47,567 bases of DNA from a virus. Its lineage: Duplodnaviria > Caudoviricetes. The stretch lies in IMG/VR virus record IMGVR_UViG_3300031949_000065, positions 1-47,567 of that record; one strand, 5' to 3'. A program made the position numbers and the translations under genes. Under the pieces are notes generated by a model that saw only the letters and a list, made by a program, of their open reading frames with translations, had not been told where the DNA came from and did no database searches. Below are positions 33,740 through 42,207 of this stretch, one piece after another (positions within the stretch are counted from its first letter, which is position 1; each line of letters begins with the position of its first letter).

Positions 33740-34002
33740 TGACGACAGGCGAGCGTGTCACCTGCCCGAGCTGCGACGAGAGGTTCTGGGCGAACAACCT
33801 CGCCGGCCACCTGGTCGTGTGCAAGGGGAAGCTCCTCGTAATGACCTACGGGACCGAGGATCAGTGCGCCTACGCGCGGCGGAGAGCCCGCAGCGAGGGG
33901 CTGCGCTTCAAGAGCGGCAAGCGGTACGTCCGCATCGACGGCGAGAAGCTCGTGGTCGTGTGCTGGACGGTCCGCCGCGCGCCGGTAAGGGTGACAGCGT
34001 GA
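33739..34002 (+). CDS. Zn-finger hypothetical protein
   Basis: CPSC..H...C. Confidence 0.55.
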   Translation: MTTGERVTCPSCDERFWANNLAGHLVVCKGKLLVMTYGTEDQCAYARRRARSEGLRFKSGKRYVRIDGEKLVVVCWTVRRAPVRVTA

Positions 34003-34301
34003 AGCCGCTCTTCGACCGCTACGTCCCGGAGCCGCGAACCTGGCGCGTGCTACGGGACAAGTGGGTCACGCTGCGCTCGATTCAACACTGCGCGCTGTGC
34101 AAGACGGAGCTGCCCCACTACGAGCAGGCGCGGCTCGAGGTGGTGGCGGGACCGGGGGAGTTCTGGTCGGTCTATTCGTGCTGGAAGTGCAACGACGGGA
34201 AGAGCCAGGGCCACGGGTGGACCCGTGGATCCCTGGAGGAGACCGGCGAGATGGGCTCGTCGGAGATCCATCCCGCAAGCGAGGAGGAGGCGGTGCTGTG
34301 A
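33999..34301 (+). CDS. Zn-ribbon hypothetical protein
   Basis: HCALC..CWKC; GTGA coupling. Confidence 0.55.
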   Translation: MKPLFDRYVPEPRTWRVLRDKWVTLRSIQHCALCKTELPHYEQARLEVVAGPGEFWSVYSCWKCNDGKSQGHGWTRGSLEETGEMGSSEIHPASEEEAVL

Positions 34302-34684
34302 AGACGAGCAAAGGGCTGGTGGCCGTGCTCGAACGGCAGGATGGGTACTTCGAGATCGGATGGGTGGCGAGGACCAAGGCGGGCCAGATCACGGCCTTCA
34401 CCACGGTCCACGGGCGCACGGTCGCGCTCGACGGAGCGCGCCGGATGACGGTGCTGGTGGAGGACAAGCGGGCGCCCTACTTCACCCACAATCGTGGCAA
34501 GCTCTTCCAGGCGCTCGGCCTGCGCTACGGCGGCGCCACGTTCAAGACGCGCGAGGAGGCGCAGGACTTCCTGCGCCCCTATGCCAAGGCGGGCGGCTCC
34601 ACGTTCTGCGAGAAGTGCGGGTCGCCGCTGACCCAGGGTGAGACGTGTCGGCGCGAGAAGTGCGCCGAGGAGGTGGCAGCGTGA
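34298..34684 (+). CDS. Hypothetical protein with C-terminal Zn-ribbon
   Basis: GGAGG RBS, GTGA coupling, CEKCG..C..C. Confidence 0.6.
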   Translation: MKTSKGLVAVLERQDGYFEIGWVARTKAGQITAFTTVHGRTVALDGARRMTVLVEDKRAPYFTHNRGKLFQALGLRYGGATFKTREEAQDFLRPYAKAGGSTFCEKCGSPLTQGETCRREKCAEEVAA

Positions 34685-34878
34685 GCAAGATGGACTTCTC
34701 TCCTCTGCTGGGGAAGCTCGGCCCGGAAGAGACTGTCGATCTCGCCGGCAAGGTTCTCGACCTGCTCACGGACCAAGACGGGATCGACGCCGTGGTGGAA
34801 TGGGCAGTGCGCAAGGAGCTGCTCCAAGAGCTCAAGGATGAGGTCGAGGCCAACCTCGGCGGGGAGGACCAGCCGTGA
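34681..34878 (+). CDS. Small acidic protein
   Basis: GGAGGT RBS, GTGA coupling. Confidence 0.6.
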   Translation: MSKMDFSPLLGKLGPEETVDLAGKVLDLLTDQDGIDAVVEWAVRKELLQELKDEVEANLGGEDQP

Positions 34879-35195
34879 AGGTCAAGTACCGGCGCCCGAC
34901 GGCGCACGCGATCACGTTGACGGTCGCCTACGACCTGCCCGAGCACATGGTCTCTGTCGCGCGCGACTGGGTGGAGAAGGGCTGGCTGCCCGGGGACTTC
35001 CTCGAGGCGGTGCTCAAGAACAACCTGATGGATGCGTTTGCGCGTGCGGACGCCGAGAACACCAGCTCGATGTTGCTCTGGGCGCAATGGCTCTGGGATC
35101 TGCCGAGGATGTGCCGTCAGCTCGAGGAGTGGGAGCAGGCGGGCGGGCTTTTCGGCGAGAAGCACTGCTTCGAGGTGGAGGAGGTATTCCCGTGA
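34875..35195 (+). CDS. Conserved phage hypothetical protein
   Basis: PGDFLEAVLKNNL..AFARAD..N motif. Confidence 0.7.
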   Translation: MKVKYRRPTAHAITLTVAYDLPEHMVSVARDWVEKGWLPGDFLEAVLKNNLMDAFARADAENTSSMLLWAQWLWDLPRMCRQLEEWEQAGGLFGEKHCFEVEEVFP

Positions 35196-35392
35196 GGAAG
35201 TTCATTTTCGTGGTACTGATGGCCGGCCTGGTGGGCCTTGCCTGGGTCGCGAAGCCCGGGCGCTGCGCCTGGTGCAGCGAGGGCGCGACCTGCTCGAAGT
35301 TCGCGCCGGCCATGTGCGGGCCGCGCGGAGGCGACTGCTTCTGCCTCGTGACCGACGCGAGCGGCAACGGCGTCTGCGCGTCGGCGCGATGA
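35192..35392 (+). CDS. Small exported Cys-rich peptide
   Basis: Signal-like MRKFIFVVLMAGLVGLAW then 7 Cys; GGAGGT RBS. Confidence 0.65.
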   Translation: MRKFIFVVLMAGLVGLAWVAKPGRCAWCSEGATCSKFAPAMCGPRGGDCFCLVTDASGNGVCASAR

Positions 35393-35967
35393 AGTACCCG
35401 CCCCACCCGCTCCAGAGGAAGGAGGTGGAGGCGCTGCTCAAGGCGTGCCGCGGAGGCTTCGCCGGGAGGCGCAACCGCGCCCACGTGGCCCTGCTCTACC
35501 GCACCGGGATCCGGGCAGGGGAGAGCTGCTCTCTCCTCTGCTCGGACCTCGAGCAGCGAGATGGGGCCACGGTGATCCGGGTGCGCGCGAGCAAGAGCGG
35601 TGCCGACCGTGACCTGGCGCTAGACGGGCGCGCGCTGAACCTGCTCGAGGAATGGCTCAAGACTCGTGCGCTGCTCCGAGGGGAAGAGCAAGACGGGCCT
35701 CTCTTCTGCACGCGCACGGGGAAGGCGGTCGGCACGCCGTACCTGCGCCAGCTCTTCCCGAGACTGGCTCGCTACGCGGGCATCTCGAGGCGCGTCCACC
35801 CTCACGCGCTTCGGCACACGTTCGCGCGCGAGCTCTACGACGAGAACAACGGGGTGGTCGAGATCCAGCTCGCGCTCGGCCATCGGAAGATCGCGACCAC
35901 ACAGGTCTACCTCCAGTCGATCGGCGCGACGGAGGTGAACGCCATTCTGCGCCGTCGGAGGTGGTGA
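35389..35967 (+). CDS. Tyrosine recombinase, catalytic domain only (192 aa)
   Basis: TGIRAGE (R), SKSG (K), HALRH (HxxR), LGH, TTQVY (Y). Confidence 0.9.
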   Translation: MKYPPHPLQRKEVEALLKACRGGFAGRRNRAHVALLYRTGIRAGESCSLLCSDLEQRDGATVIRVRASKSGADRDLALDGRALNLLEEWLKTRALLRGEEQDGPLFCTRTGKAVGTPYLRQLFPRLARYAGISRRVHPHALRHTFARELYDENNGVVEIQLALGHRKIATTQVYLQSIGATEVNAILRRRRW

Positions 35968-36245
35968 TGGGGGTCACGTGGGAGAGAGCGGTGCTAGACG
36001 GGGTGATCGCGACGGAGGTGATCTCGACCTGCAACAGGCTCGGCATTCTGCAACAGCTCGGGCACCAGTTCGATACGGACATCGGGCACGACACCCACTG
36101 CGGGCTCTCGACGGGCCAGGGGCCGGTCTGTGAGTGCGACGTGGTGCAGGTCCAGGTCGAAGTCGGAGGGAAGCGCCACCGATGGCTGCTCTACAAGGAG
36201 CCCTCCGGCTACCGGATGGACTACCTGGAAGGGGGGCTGCATTGA
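35967..36245 (+). CDS. Hypothetical protein
   Basis: HDTHC..CEC; GGAGGT RBS. Confidence 0.55.
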   Translation: MGVTWERAVLDGVIATEVISTCNRLGILQQLGHQFDTDIGHDTHCGLSTGQGPVCECDVVQVQVEVGGKRHRWLLYKEPSGYRMDYLEGGLH

Positions 36246-36646
36246 GGGTCCGCAAGCCGTTCGAGGAGACCGAGAAGAAGGTCGCTCGTGTGTGCTTCAT
36301 CTTCCGCAACAGCGACGGGGTGGTCCTGACCGAGGTGTGCGACGAGAAGGGCCGGCGGCCGCTCCCGCACGTGCCGATCCATTCGCCGACCGGCTTCGAG
36401 ATGGGCTACCAGGGCAGCGGGCCAGCCGACCTGGCGCTGGCCGTGCTCTGCGAGGCACTGCGCGTGCCGCCCGAGAACCGGACTGAGGCGTTCTTTCGGA
36501 AGGACATCTCGAAGGCCACCCATGTCGCGTGGGACTGCCACCAGCGGTACAAGCGGTCCTTCGTCGCGAAGTGGCACACGTGGGCGACGGTGGACCTCGA
36601 CGAGGTGGAGAAATGGGCCGCGGCCCAGGAGGGGAAGCTGCGATGA
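36242..36646 (+). CDS. DUF6166-like protein
   Basis: HSPTGFEMGYQGSGPADLALAVL; TTGA coupling. Confidence 0.75.
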   Translation: MRVRKPFEETEKKVARVCFIFRNSDGVVLTEVCDEKGRRPLPHVPIHSPTGFEMGYQGSGPADLALAVLCEALRVPPENRTEAFFRKDISKATHVAWDCHQRYKRSFVAKWHTWATVDLDEVEKWAAAQEGKLR

Positions 36647-36927
36647 AGGTGGAACGGGACGAGAACCGGGGGGAGTTCACGATCCGCTTCGGCGCGCGCA
36701 CGTGGGAGTCGGGATGGGAGGCCGTCGAGAAGATCCGGGCCGAGGCCGCTGGCTACGGCTTCAAGGTGGTCCTGGCGAAGTTCTCGCAGCGCAAGCCCAC
36801 CGGGAAGCGGATCAACGTCGCCGCGGTCATGGCCGAGCTCGGGCTGCGCCGCAACTACCCGTCCGAGGAGGAGATGGGCCGGTGGCTCGAGAAGATCGTG
36901 CTCGCGGCGGTCAACGCGCGCCCCTAG
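36643..36927 (+). CDS. Hypothetical protein, last of early operon
   Basis: ATGA coupling; stop overlaps convergent RusA-like stop (CTAG). Confidence 0.6.
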   Translation: MKVERDENRGEFTIRFGARTWESGWEAVEKIRAEAAGYGFKVVLAKFSQRKPTGKRINVAAVMAELGLRRNYPSEEEMGRWLEKIVLAAVNARP

Positions 36928-37283
36928 CCGACGACCTCTTCGACGATGACCTCGAGCCAGCCTCCGCGGCGCGGCGCCTGTTGCCAGTCGTAGCGGCGCT
37001 CGATCGAAAGGCGGTCGTGCTCCAGAATCCCGGCGCTGACCAAGCCATCGACGATCGCTTTTGCCGAAATCACCAGGTTGTCGAAGTCGGGCGCGACGGA
37101 GCTGTGGCGCGTAAGCAGGATCCGAGCCGAGGAGAGCGGCGCAGGCGGCCGCTTGCCAGCGGTGAGGAGCGCCACCGCGAGGTGCCACCGCTTCGCCTCG
37201 CGGTACTGGACCATCCGGTGACGCCGGGTCGCTTTCGTGTTGAGGCTCGGAAGGGGAAGGCGGAGCTCGAGCCGGTAGCTCAG
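36924..37283 (-). CDS. rusA: RusA-like Holliday junction resolvase (probable CTG start)
   Basis: LPSLN..PDFDNL..KAIVDGLV.AG.LEHD. Confidence 0.75.
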   Translation of the reverse strand: MSYRLELRLPLPSLNTKATRRHRMVQYREAKRWHLAVALLTAGKRPPAPLSSARILLTRHSSVAPDFDNLVISAKAIVDGLVSAGILEHDRLSIERRYDWQQAPRRGGWLEVIVEEVVG

Positions 37284-38008
37284 AGCCAGCCCCCCTCCTC
37301 GAGCCACCGAGGATCCTGCTTGCAAGACGGGGCTCCACACCAGGGGTCATCGTCCCGGCCGGCGACGAGCAGTCCGCAGCCGTGGCAGCGCCAGAGCGAG
37401 AGCCGCTCGCGGATCTGCGCCAGTGCGTCGCCGATCGGCCGGAGCAGGCCGCGGTGCATCGAGAGGATCTTGCGGTCCACGTTCCACGGTACGGCCTTCT
37501 CGTAGAAGACCTCGGCCTCGATCCAACCGACGGCCAGGACGCAGCGCCCGGGCGGCATCGTGGTCTGGCAGAGGATCGTCTTGTGGTGGATCGCCTGGGT
37601 CGGGGGCGAGAGCAGCTTCCCGTCGGGCCAGTGCGTGCTCTTCACGTCGAGCTGGCGCCCGCCCTCGATCGTGAGGTCGGTGCCGCCGTCGGGGCCTTCC
37701 AGGAGCTCGCGCGAGACGGGTTGCAGGAAGAGGCGCCGAATAGCGATCTCGCCGACCACGCCGACCAGGTGCCGCTCGAGGGGCGTCGTCTTCGGCTTCG
37801 CGCTCGAGGCGTTCACGCTGGGCCCGTAGTGCGCGAACCGCTTGCGGTGCTCCACGTCGCGGAGCTCGGCGATCTCGGCGGCGAGCGCCAGGTCCGCCTC
37901 GCTGATCCAGAGGGCGCAGTGGCGGTTGCGCGGGAGGGCCAGGCCCTCCCGGTCGTGGGTCTGGAGGTCGCGCGGCGCCTCAGAAGAGCGAAAGATCGCC
38001 GTCGTCAT
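37280..38008 (-). CDS. PD-(D/E)xK nuclease-like protein
   Basis: GVVGE..PDGGTD..LDVKST..VGWI. Confidence 0.65.
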   Translation of the reverse strand: MTTAIFRSSEAPRDLQTHDREGLALPRNRHCALWISEADLALAAEIAELRDVEHRKRFAHYGPSVNASSAKPKTTPLERHLVGVVGEIAIRRLFLQPVSRELLEGPDGGTDLTIEGGRQLDVKSTHWPDGKLLSPPTQAIHHKTILCQTTMPPGRCVLAVGWIEAEVFYEKAVPWNVDRKILSMHRGLLRPIGDALAQIRERLSLWRCHGCGLLVAGRDDDPWCGAPSCKQDPRWLEEGGWL

Positions 38009-38903
38009 CCCGGCCCCCCACCACCCGCAGCTTCGGCCTCGTCTCGGCCGGCACGAGCCGCTCGCCAGCGTCGCGGATGAAGAGCCCGAGCGGGCCCTCA
38101 CCGCCAGTTCGCCGGCTCTTCGCCCAGGTCATCGAGATGGGCGCTGAGCCCGGGGCCGCGCCGTGGGCCCCCTTCGGGAGCCGCATCCGCACGATGCAGT
38201 CGGCCCAGTAGTCGAGCTTCCCGCCCTTCACCCCGCCCTGCTTGTTGGTCTCGGAGACCAGGAGCCAGGAGACGGCGCCCATGCTCATCCGGCGGGAGAG
38301 CATGGCCCACATGCCCAGCTCGCCAAGGGTCTCGAGGTAGCCCCCGCCCATCAGCTCGGCCACGGTGTTGATCGAGTCGAGCACCACGAGGATCGGGTCG
38401 CCGGCCGGGTCGGTCGCCGCCTCGATCTGAACGCGGAGGTCGTCGAACTCCTGGCCCCGTCCCACGTGGACGACGTGGAGAAAGTCCTGCGAGTCGAGGG
38501 TGGATGGGTAGGCGTCGAAGATCCTCCCGAGGCGCATCGCCACCTCGAAGCTGTCGAGCTCGGCCGAGAGGTAGACGACCTGCCACCGCTGCGTCGCCGC
38601 GGCCTCGACGGCCGAGGAGAGCGCGAGGCGGGTCTTCCCGATGCCGCGCTCGCCCGCGATGACCGAGACCCCGTAGAAGCCGCCAGCCGCCTCCTCGATC
38701 TGCGGGATGGTCGAGGGCCAGCGGCCGAGGAGATCCTCGAGCCGGCCAGGGATGATCTGCTGCTCCTCGCACTCGGTCCGGCCGTTGAGCGCCATCGAGA
38801 GGGCGACCCAGGCGCGCTCGGCTGCGGGGGTGGTCTGGTCGGCGAAGAAGTACGAGGGGTCGAGCAGGTTGCTCGGGGGCTTGCGGCGGGGCCCCTGGGT
38901 CAT
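37980..38903 (-). CDS. RecA-fold / DnaB-like helicase ATPase
   Basis: AGERGIGKT Walker A, VVYLSAE, VVLDSIN Walker B, VSETNK, DYWAD, KSR. Confidence 0.8.
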   Translation of the reverse strand: MTQGPRRKPPSNLLDPSYFFADQTTPAAERAWVALSMALNGRTECEEQQIIPGRLEDLLGRWPSTIPQIEEAAGGFYGVSVIAGERGIGKTRLALSSAVEAAATQRWQVVYLSAELDSFEVAMRLGRIFDAYPSTLDSQDFLHVVHVGRGQEFDDLRVQIEAATDPAGDPILVVLDSINTVAELMGGGYLETLGELGMWAMLSRRMSMGAVSWLLVSETNKQGGVKGGKLDYWADCIVRMRLPKGAHGAAPGSAPISMTWAKSRRTGGEGPLGLFIRDAGERLVPAETRPKLRVVGGRDDDGDLSLF

Positions 38904-39328
38904 GCCCGCCCGCCCATGATCTTGCGAAGCGCGACGCGATGCACCTCGGGCGCCGGCGGCGGCGTCGCGGCCAGGAGCTCGCGCTGGCGCGCCGCGGCGG
39001 CGTCGCATTCGCGGCGCTCGAGCATCTCGCGCGCGCGGTCCAGGTCCCAGAGCCGCGCCTTCGCCCACCACTTCCTGATCGCCGCGCCGCGCCTCTTGTA
39101 GGCCCCGCGTCGCTTCTCCTCGAAGAGCTGGAAGGCGGGCCAGGTCGCGTCCCACCACGCGGCGACGAGCTCGACGGGGACTGGTTTTGAGCCGAACGGG
39201 TTCGTTTCAGAGAGCGCGCGCAGAAGCGTAGGCGCAAGGACCGGACGATCGAGGTCCATCCATCCACCCCCCAGCGGAAGGGTCCGATGATCGCATGGGG
39301 AGCCGGCGGCTGGAAGTCGCGAATTCAC
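38900..39328 (-). CDS. Hypothetical protein, possible replication initiator or loader
   Basis: Position between HTH and helicase; coupled at both ends. Confidence 0.5.
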   Translation of the reverse strand: MNSRLPAAGSPCDHRTLPLGGGWMDLDRPVLAPTLLRALSETNPFGSKPVPVELVAAWWDATWPAFQLFEEKRRGAYKRRGAAIRKWWAKARLWDLDRAREMLERRECDAAAARQRELLAATPPPAPEVHRVALRKIMGGRA

Positions 39329-39645
39329 CCCAGTCGGCGGCTGCGCAGGAGCACGAGCTGGTCGCCATCGCGCGGCTCGGCGAGGCGGATCGCGTTGCCT
39401 TCGGGGAGCAGGATCCAGCCGCAGGCCGGGAGGAAGTCGGAGAGGTGGAGGTCGGGGAAGTAGGCGGAGAGGATCCGCACCGCCGTCTCGAGCTTCACGT
39501 CCGCTCCTGAGGTCCGCCGCTGTGGGTTTCCGCCCTCAAGGTTGCGCAGGACGAAGTGGTGGACGCCGATCTCGGCTGCGGCTTGCGCGTGGGTCCAGCC
39601 GCGCTTCTCCCGGGCCTTCACGAGCTGCTCTTGGAGGTGGTTCAC
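39325..39645 (-). CDS. XRE/Cro-like HTH regulator
   Basis: LVKAREKRGWTHAQAAAEIGV..LRNLEGG; no peptidase domain. Confidence 0.85.
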   Translation of the reverse strand: MNHLQEQLVKAREKRGWTHAQAAAEIGVHHFVLRNLEGGNPQRRTSGADVKLETAVRILSAYFPDLHLSDFLPACGWILLPEGNAIRLAEPRDGDQLVLLRSRRLG

Positions 39646-39652
39646 GAGCTCC

Positions 39653-39682
39653 AGGGTAGCGGAGAGGCCGCAGATGCGGCAA
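39653..39682 (-). promoter_or_regulatory. Putative leftward promoter for a leaderless HTH transcript
   Basis: TTGCCG-18 bp-TACCCT, 7 nt before GTG; -35 overlaps operator 3. Confidence 0.45.
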
Positions 39683-39690
39683 CCTGTTGC
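39679..39690. promoter_or_regulatory. Operator 3 GCAACCTGTTGC
   Basis: Palindrome in the 75-bp divergent gap between HTH and RecE-like genes. Confidence 0.7.
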
Positions 39691-39720
39691 GACGGAGTGG
39701 ATCTTTTTGAGGAATCCTCA

Positions 39721-40557
39721 ATGAAAACGCCGGTGAAGCCTGGGATCTTCCGGGACGTGCCCCGGAACGACTACCACGCCTGGGACGCGGCCCACGCCAC
39801 GGGCCTCAAGCGGTTCGAGAAGAGCGCCGCGCACGCGCGCGAGGCGATGCTCCACCCGCCCGAGCCGACCGCGGCGCTAGACGTGGGCGACGCGCTGCAC
39901 GCCGCGGTGCTCGAGCCCGTGCGCTTCGCCACGGAGTACGCGGTGGCGCCGAAGCTGGATCGCCGGCGCAAGGCCGATCGCGAGGAGTGGGAGCAGTTCG
40001 AGGCTTCCCACCCGGGCGCCGTGGTCCTCAAGGAGAACGAGGGCGAGATGATCGCCGGCATGGCGGCCAGCGTGCGCGCGCACGAGACGGCGGCGCGCCT
40101 GATCGGAGCTCCGGGCGTGGTCGAGCTCTCTGCCTTCTGGTTCGACGCGGAGACGAAGATGCCCTGCAAGCTGCGCGCGGACCGTTTCACGAGCTTCGCC
40201 GGCTGGCCCTGCATCGTGGACCTCAAGAGCACGAAGGACGCCTCGCCGCGCGGCTTCCCGCGCGAGGCCACGACCTACGGCTACCACGTGCAGGCCGCCT
40301 GGTACCTCGACGGCCTCAACGCGATCGAGCGCGCCGAGCGCCGCTTCCTCTTCATCGCGGTCGAGAAGGAGCCGCCCTACGCGGCGGCGGTCTACGAGCT
40401 CGACGTGGTTTCCCTGGAGGCCGGCCGAACCCAAGCCCGGCGGTACTTGCTCGCCTGGTCGAAGGCGCGCAAGGACAACCTCTGGCCGGGATACCCGGCC
40501 GGCCTCACCACTTTGACCCTGCCCCCCTGGGCATTTCGAGAGGAGAACGTGGAATGA
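39721..40557 (+). CDS. recE: RecE / exonuclease VIII-like PD-(D/E)xK nuclease (DUF3799)
   Basis: DYH..GDALHAAVLEP..E.S..CKLRAD..IVDLKST..YGYHVQAAWY..FIAVEKEPPY. Confidence 0.9.
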   Translation: MKTPVKPGIFRDVPRNDYHAWDAAHATGLKRFEKSAAHAREAMLHPPEPTAALDVGDALHAAVLEPVRFATEYAVAPKLDRRRKADREEWEQFEASHPGAVVLKENEGEMIAGMAASVRAHETAARLIGAPGVVELSAFWFDAETKMPCKLRADRFTSFAGWPCIVDLKSTKDASPRGFPREATTYGYHVQAAWYLDGLNAIERAERRFLFIAVEKEPPYAAAVYELDVVSLEAGRTQARRYLLAWSKARKDNLWPGYPAGLTTLTLPPWAFREENVE

Positions 40558-40862
40558 GGGCGCGTGTCCCGTCGGAGAAGGATCAGGAGAAGCGGCGCAA
40601 GGAGCGCCACGACAAGTTCCTCGAGCTGGCGCGCGGCCGCACGCGCCAGGTGATCGGGAAGATGCGCTGGCTCCGCAAGCTGGCGAACCGGCACAGCTAC
40701 CTCTGGACCGAGCTCGAGGCGAAGCAGATCCTCGCGGTGGTCGAGAAGGAGTACGCGGCTCTGCATCACGCCTTCCTGCCGCCCGGAACGACCCACGAGA
40801 TGCCCTTCGACTTCCAGCGGCCGGGCCAGGACGGCAACTACCCCGAGGAGGGAGAGAAGTGA
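40554..40862 (+). CDS. Conserved helical hypothetical protein
   Basis: KFLELARGRT..LRKLANRHSY pattern; coupled both ends. Confidence 0.7.
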   Translation: MRARVPSEKDQEKRRKERHDKFLELARGRTRQVIGKMRWLRKLANRHSYLWTELEAKQILAVVEKEYAALHHAFLPPGTTHEMPFDFQRPGQDGNYPEEGEK

Positions 40863-41947
40863 CCGCCGCTGCCCCGCCGCCGGCGCCGAAGAGCGAGGTC
40901 GCCAAGACCACGCCGATGCCGCCCCCCGCGATCTCGCTCGGCGCGCGCGGCGTCGAGCTCAAGAGCTTCGAGGAGCTCTTCCGCATGGCGACCGCGGCCG
41001 TGCGCGCCGGCTTCGCGCCAGAGGGTGTAAAGACCCCCGAACAGGCGCTCGTCGCGATGGAGTACGGCATGGAGCTGGGCTTCACGCCGATGCGCGCGCT
41101 CACGGTCTGCCCGGTCATCAACGGGCGCCCCTCGATCATGGGAGACGCCGCCCTGGCGCTGCTCCGCCGGGACGGCCTGATCGCCAGGGACGAGCCGATG
41201 GTCGCCTACGAAGGCGACGGGGACGCGCGTACCTGCACGGTCAGCTTCCCCAGCTCGCATCCAGGGATCGCCGCCAGCTTCTCGGTCCAGGACGCGAAGA
41301 AGGCCGGGCTCTGGGGGAAACGGGCGTGGGCCGGCTACCCCGACTGGATGCTCATGTGGCGCGCCACGGGCCGGGTCTGCCGTGTCCACTTCTCGGACGT
41401 GCTCCTGGGGCTCCCGCTGGCAGAGGAGGCGAGGGACTTTCCTCCCGTCCGTGGCACCTCGACCGCGCTGGCGCTCGGGCCCGGGCCCGGGAACCCGGAC
41501 GCCCTGCTCGAGGCAGCCCTCGGGCCCCAGAACGTGGAGACGAGGGGCCCAGCCTTCTCGGAGGAGGTGATCGAGGCCGAGGTGGCCCCCCAGGCCGGGC
41601 AGATCGAGGAAGACCCCGTACCGCCCGGCTGGCGCCGCCTGGCGTGCGAGAAGTGCGGGACCGAGGACGACTACCCCATCGTGGGGAGCTTCGGCTGCAC
41701 GGCCGATTGCGGGGCCTGGGTGGACGAGGCGGGGACCTGGACCTGGCCCAAGCCGCCCCCGGCGCAGCCCGCACCACAGGTCGGCTCGGGGCAGACGCCG
41801 CCTCCCGAGGAGCGGCTCCGAAGGGACGCGGTGCCGCTCGAGCGAGCGGCGCCCGCGCGCGCACCGCGCAGCACCAGGCCGAGGTCGAAGGCCGCGGAGC
41901 CCGAGGACTTCGACTTCGCGCCGCCGCCCGAGGGGGGGAAGTTCTGA
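40859..41947 (+). CDS. recT: RecT-like single-strand annealing protein
   Basis: GMELGFTPM.AL..VINGRPSI..DAKKAGLW..W..YPDWML.WRA..FSDVLLG..EE; next to RecE. Confidence 0.8.
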   Translation: MTAAAPPPAPKSEVAKTTPMPPPAISLGARGVELKSFEELFRMATAAVRAGFAPEGVKTPEQALVAMEYGMELGFTPMRALTVCPVINGRPSIMGDAALALLRRDGLIARDEPMVAYEGDGDARTCTVSFPSSHPGIAASFSVQDAKKAGLWGKRAWAGYPDWMLMWRATGRVCRVHFSDVLLGLPLAEEARDFPPVRGTSTALALGPGPGNPDALLEAALGPQNVETRGPAFSEEVIEAEVAPQAGQIEEDPVPPGWRRLACEKCGTEDDYPIVGSFGCTADCGAWVDEAGTWTWPKPPPAQPAPQVGSGQTPPPEERLRRDAVPLERAAPARAPRSTRPRSKAAEPEDFDFAPPPEGGKF

Positions 41948-42207
41948 TGCGCGGCGTGGCCCTGGTCGAATGGTTGATGGAAACGGCGAAGCACTTCGCG
42001 GACGCCGACGGGATCGTGGTCTGCTTCCTGCGGAGGGACCTACCGGACGACGGAGGCGGGCTGGTTCACCAGCACGCGATCCACTTCGAGGGGGAGCTCA
42101 CCACGGTCGAGATCCTGGGGCTGATCGAGAAGGCCAGGATCAAGGTCGAGCGCGCGATGGGCGACGAGGACGTGACCGTCCCCGCCAAGCCGCTCCTCAC
42201 CTCGTAG
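41947..42207 (+). CDS. Hypothetical protein
   Basis: TGATG coupling, good codon bias. Confidence 0.55.
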   Translation: MRGVALVEWLMETAKHFADADGIVVCFLRRDLPDDGGGLVHQHAIHFEGELTTVEILGLIEKARIKVERAMGDEDVTVPAKPLLTS

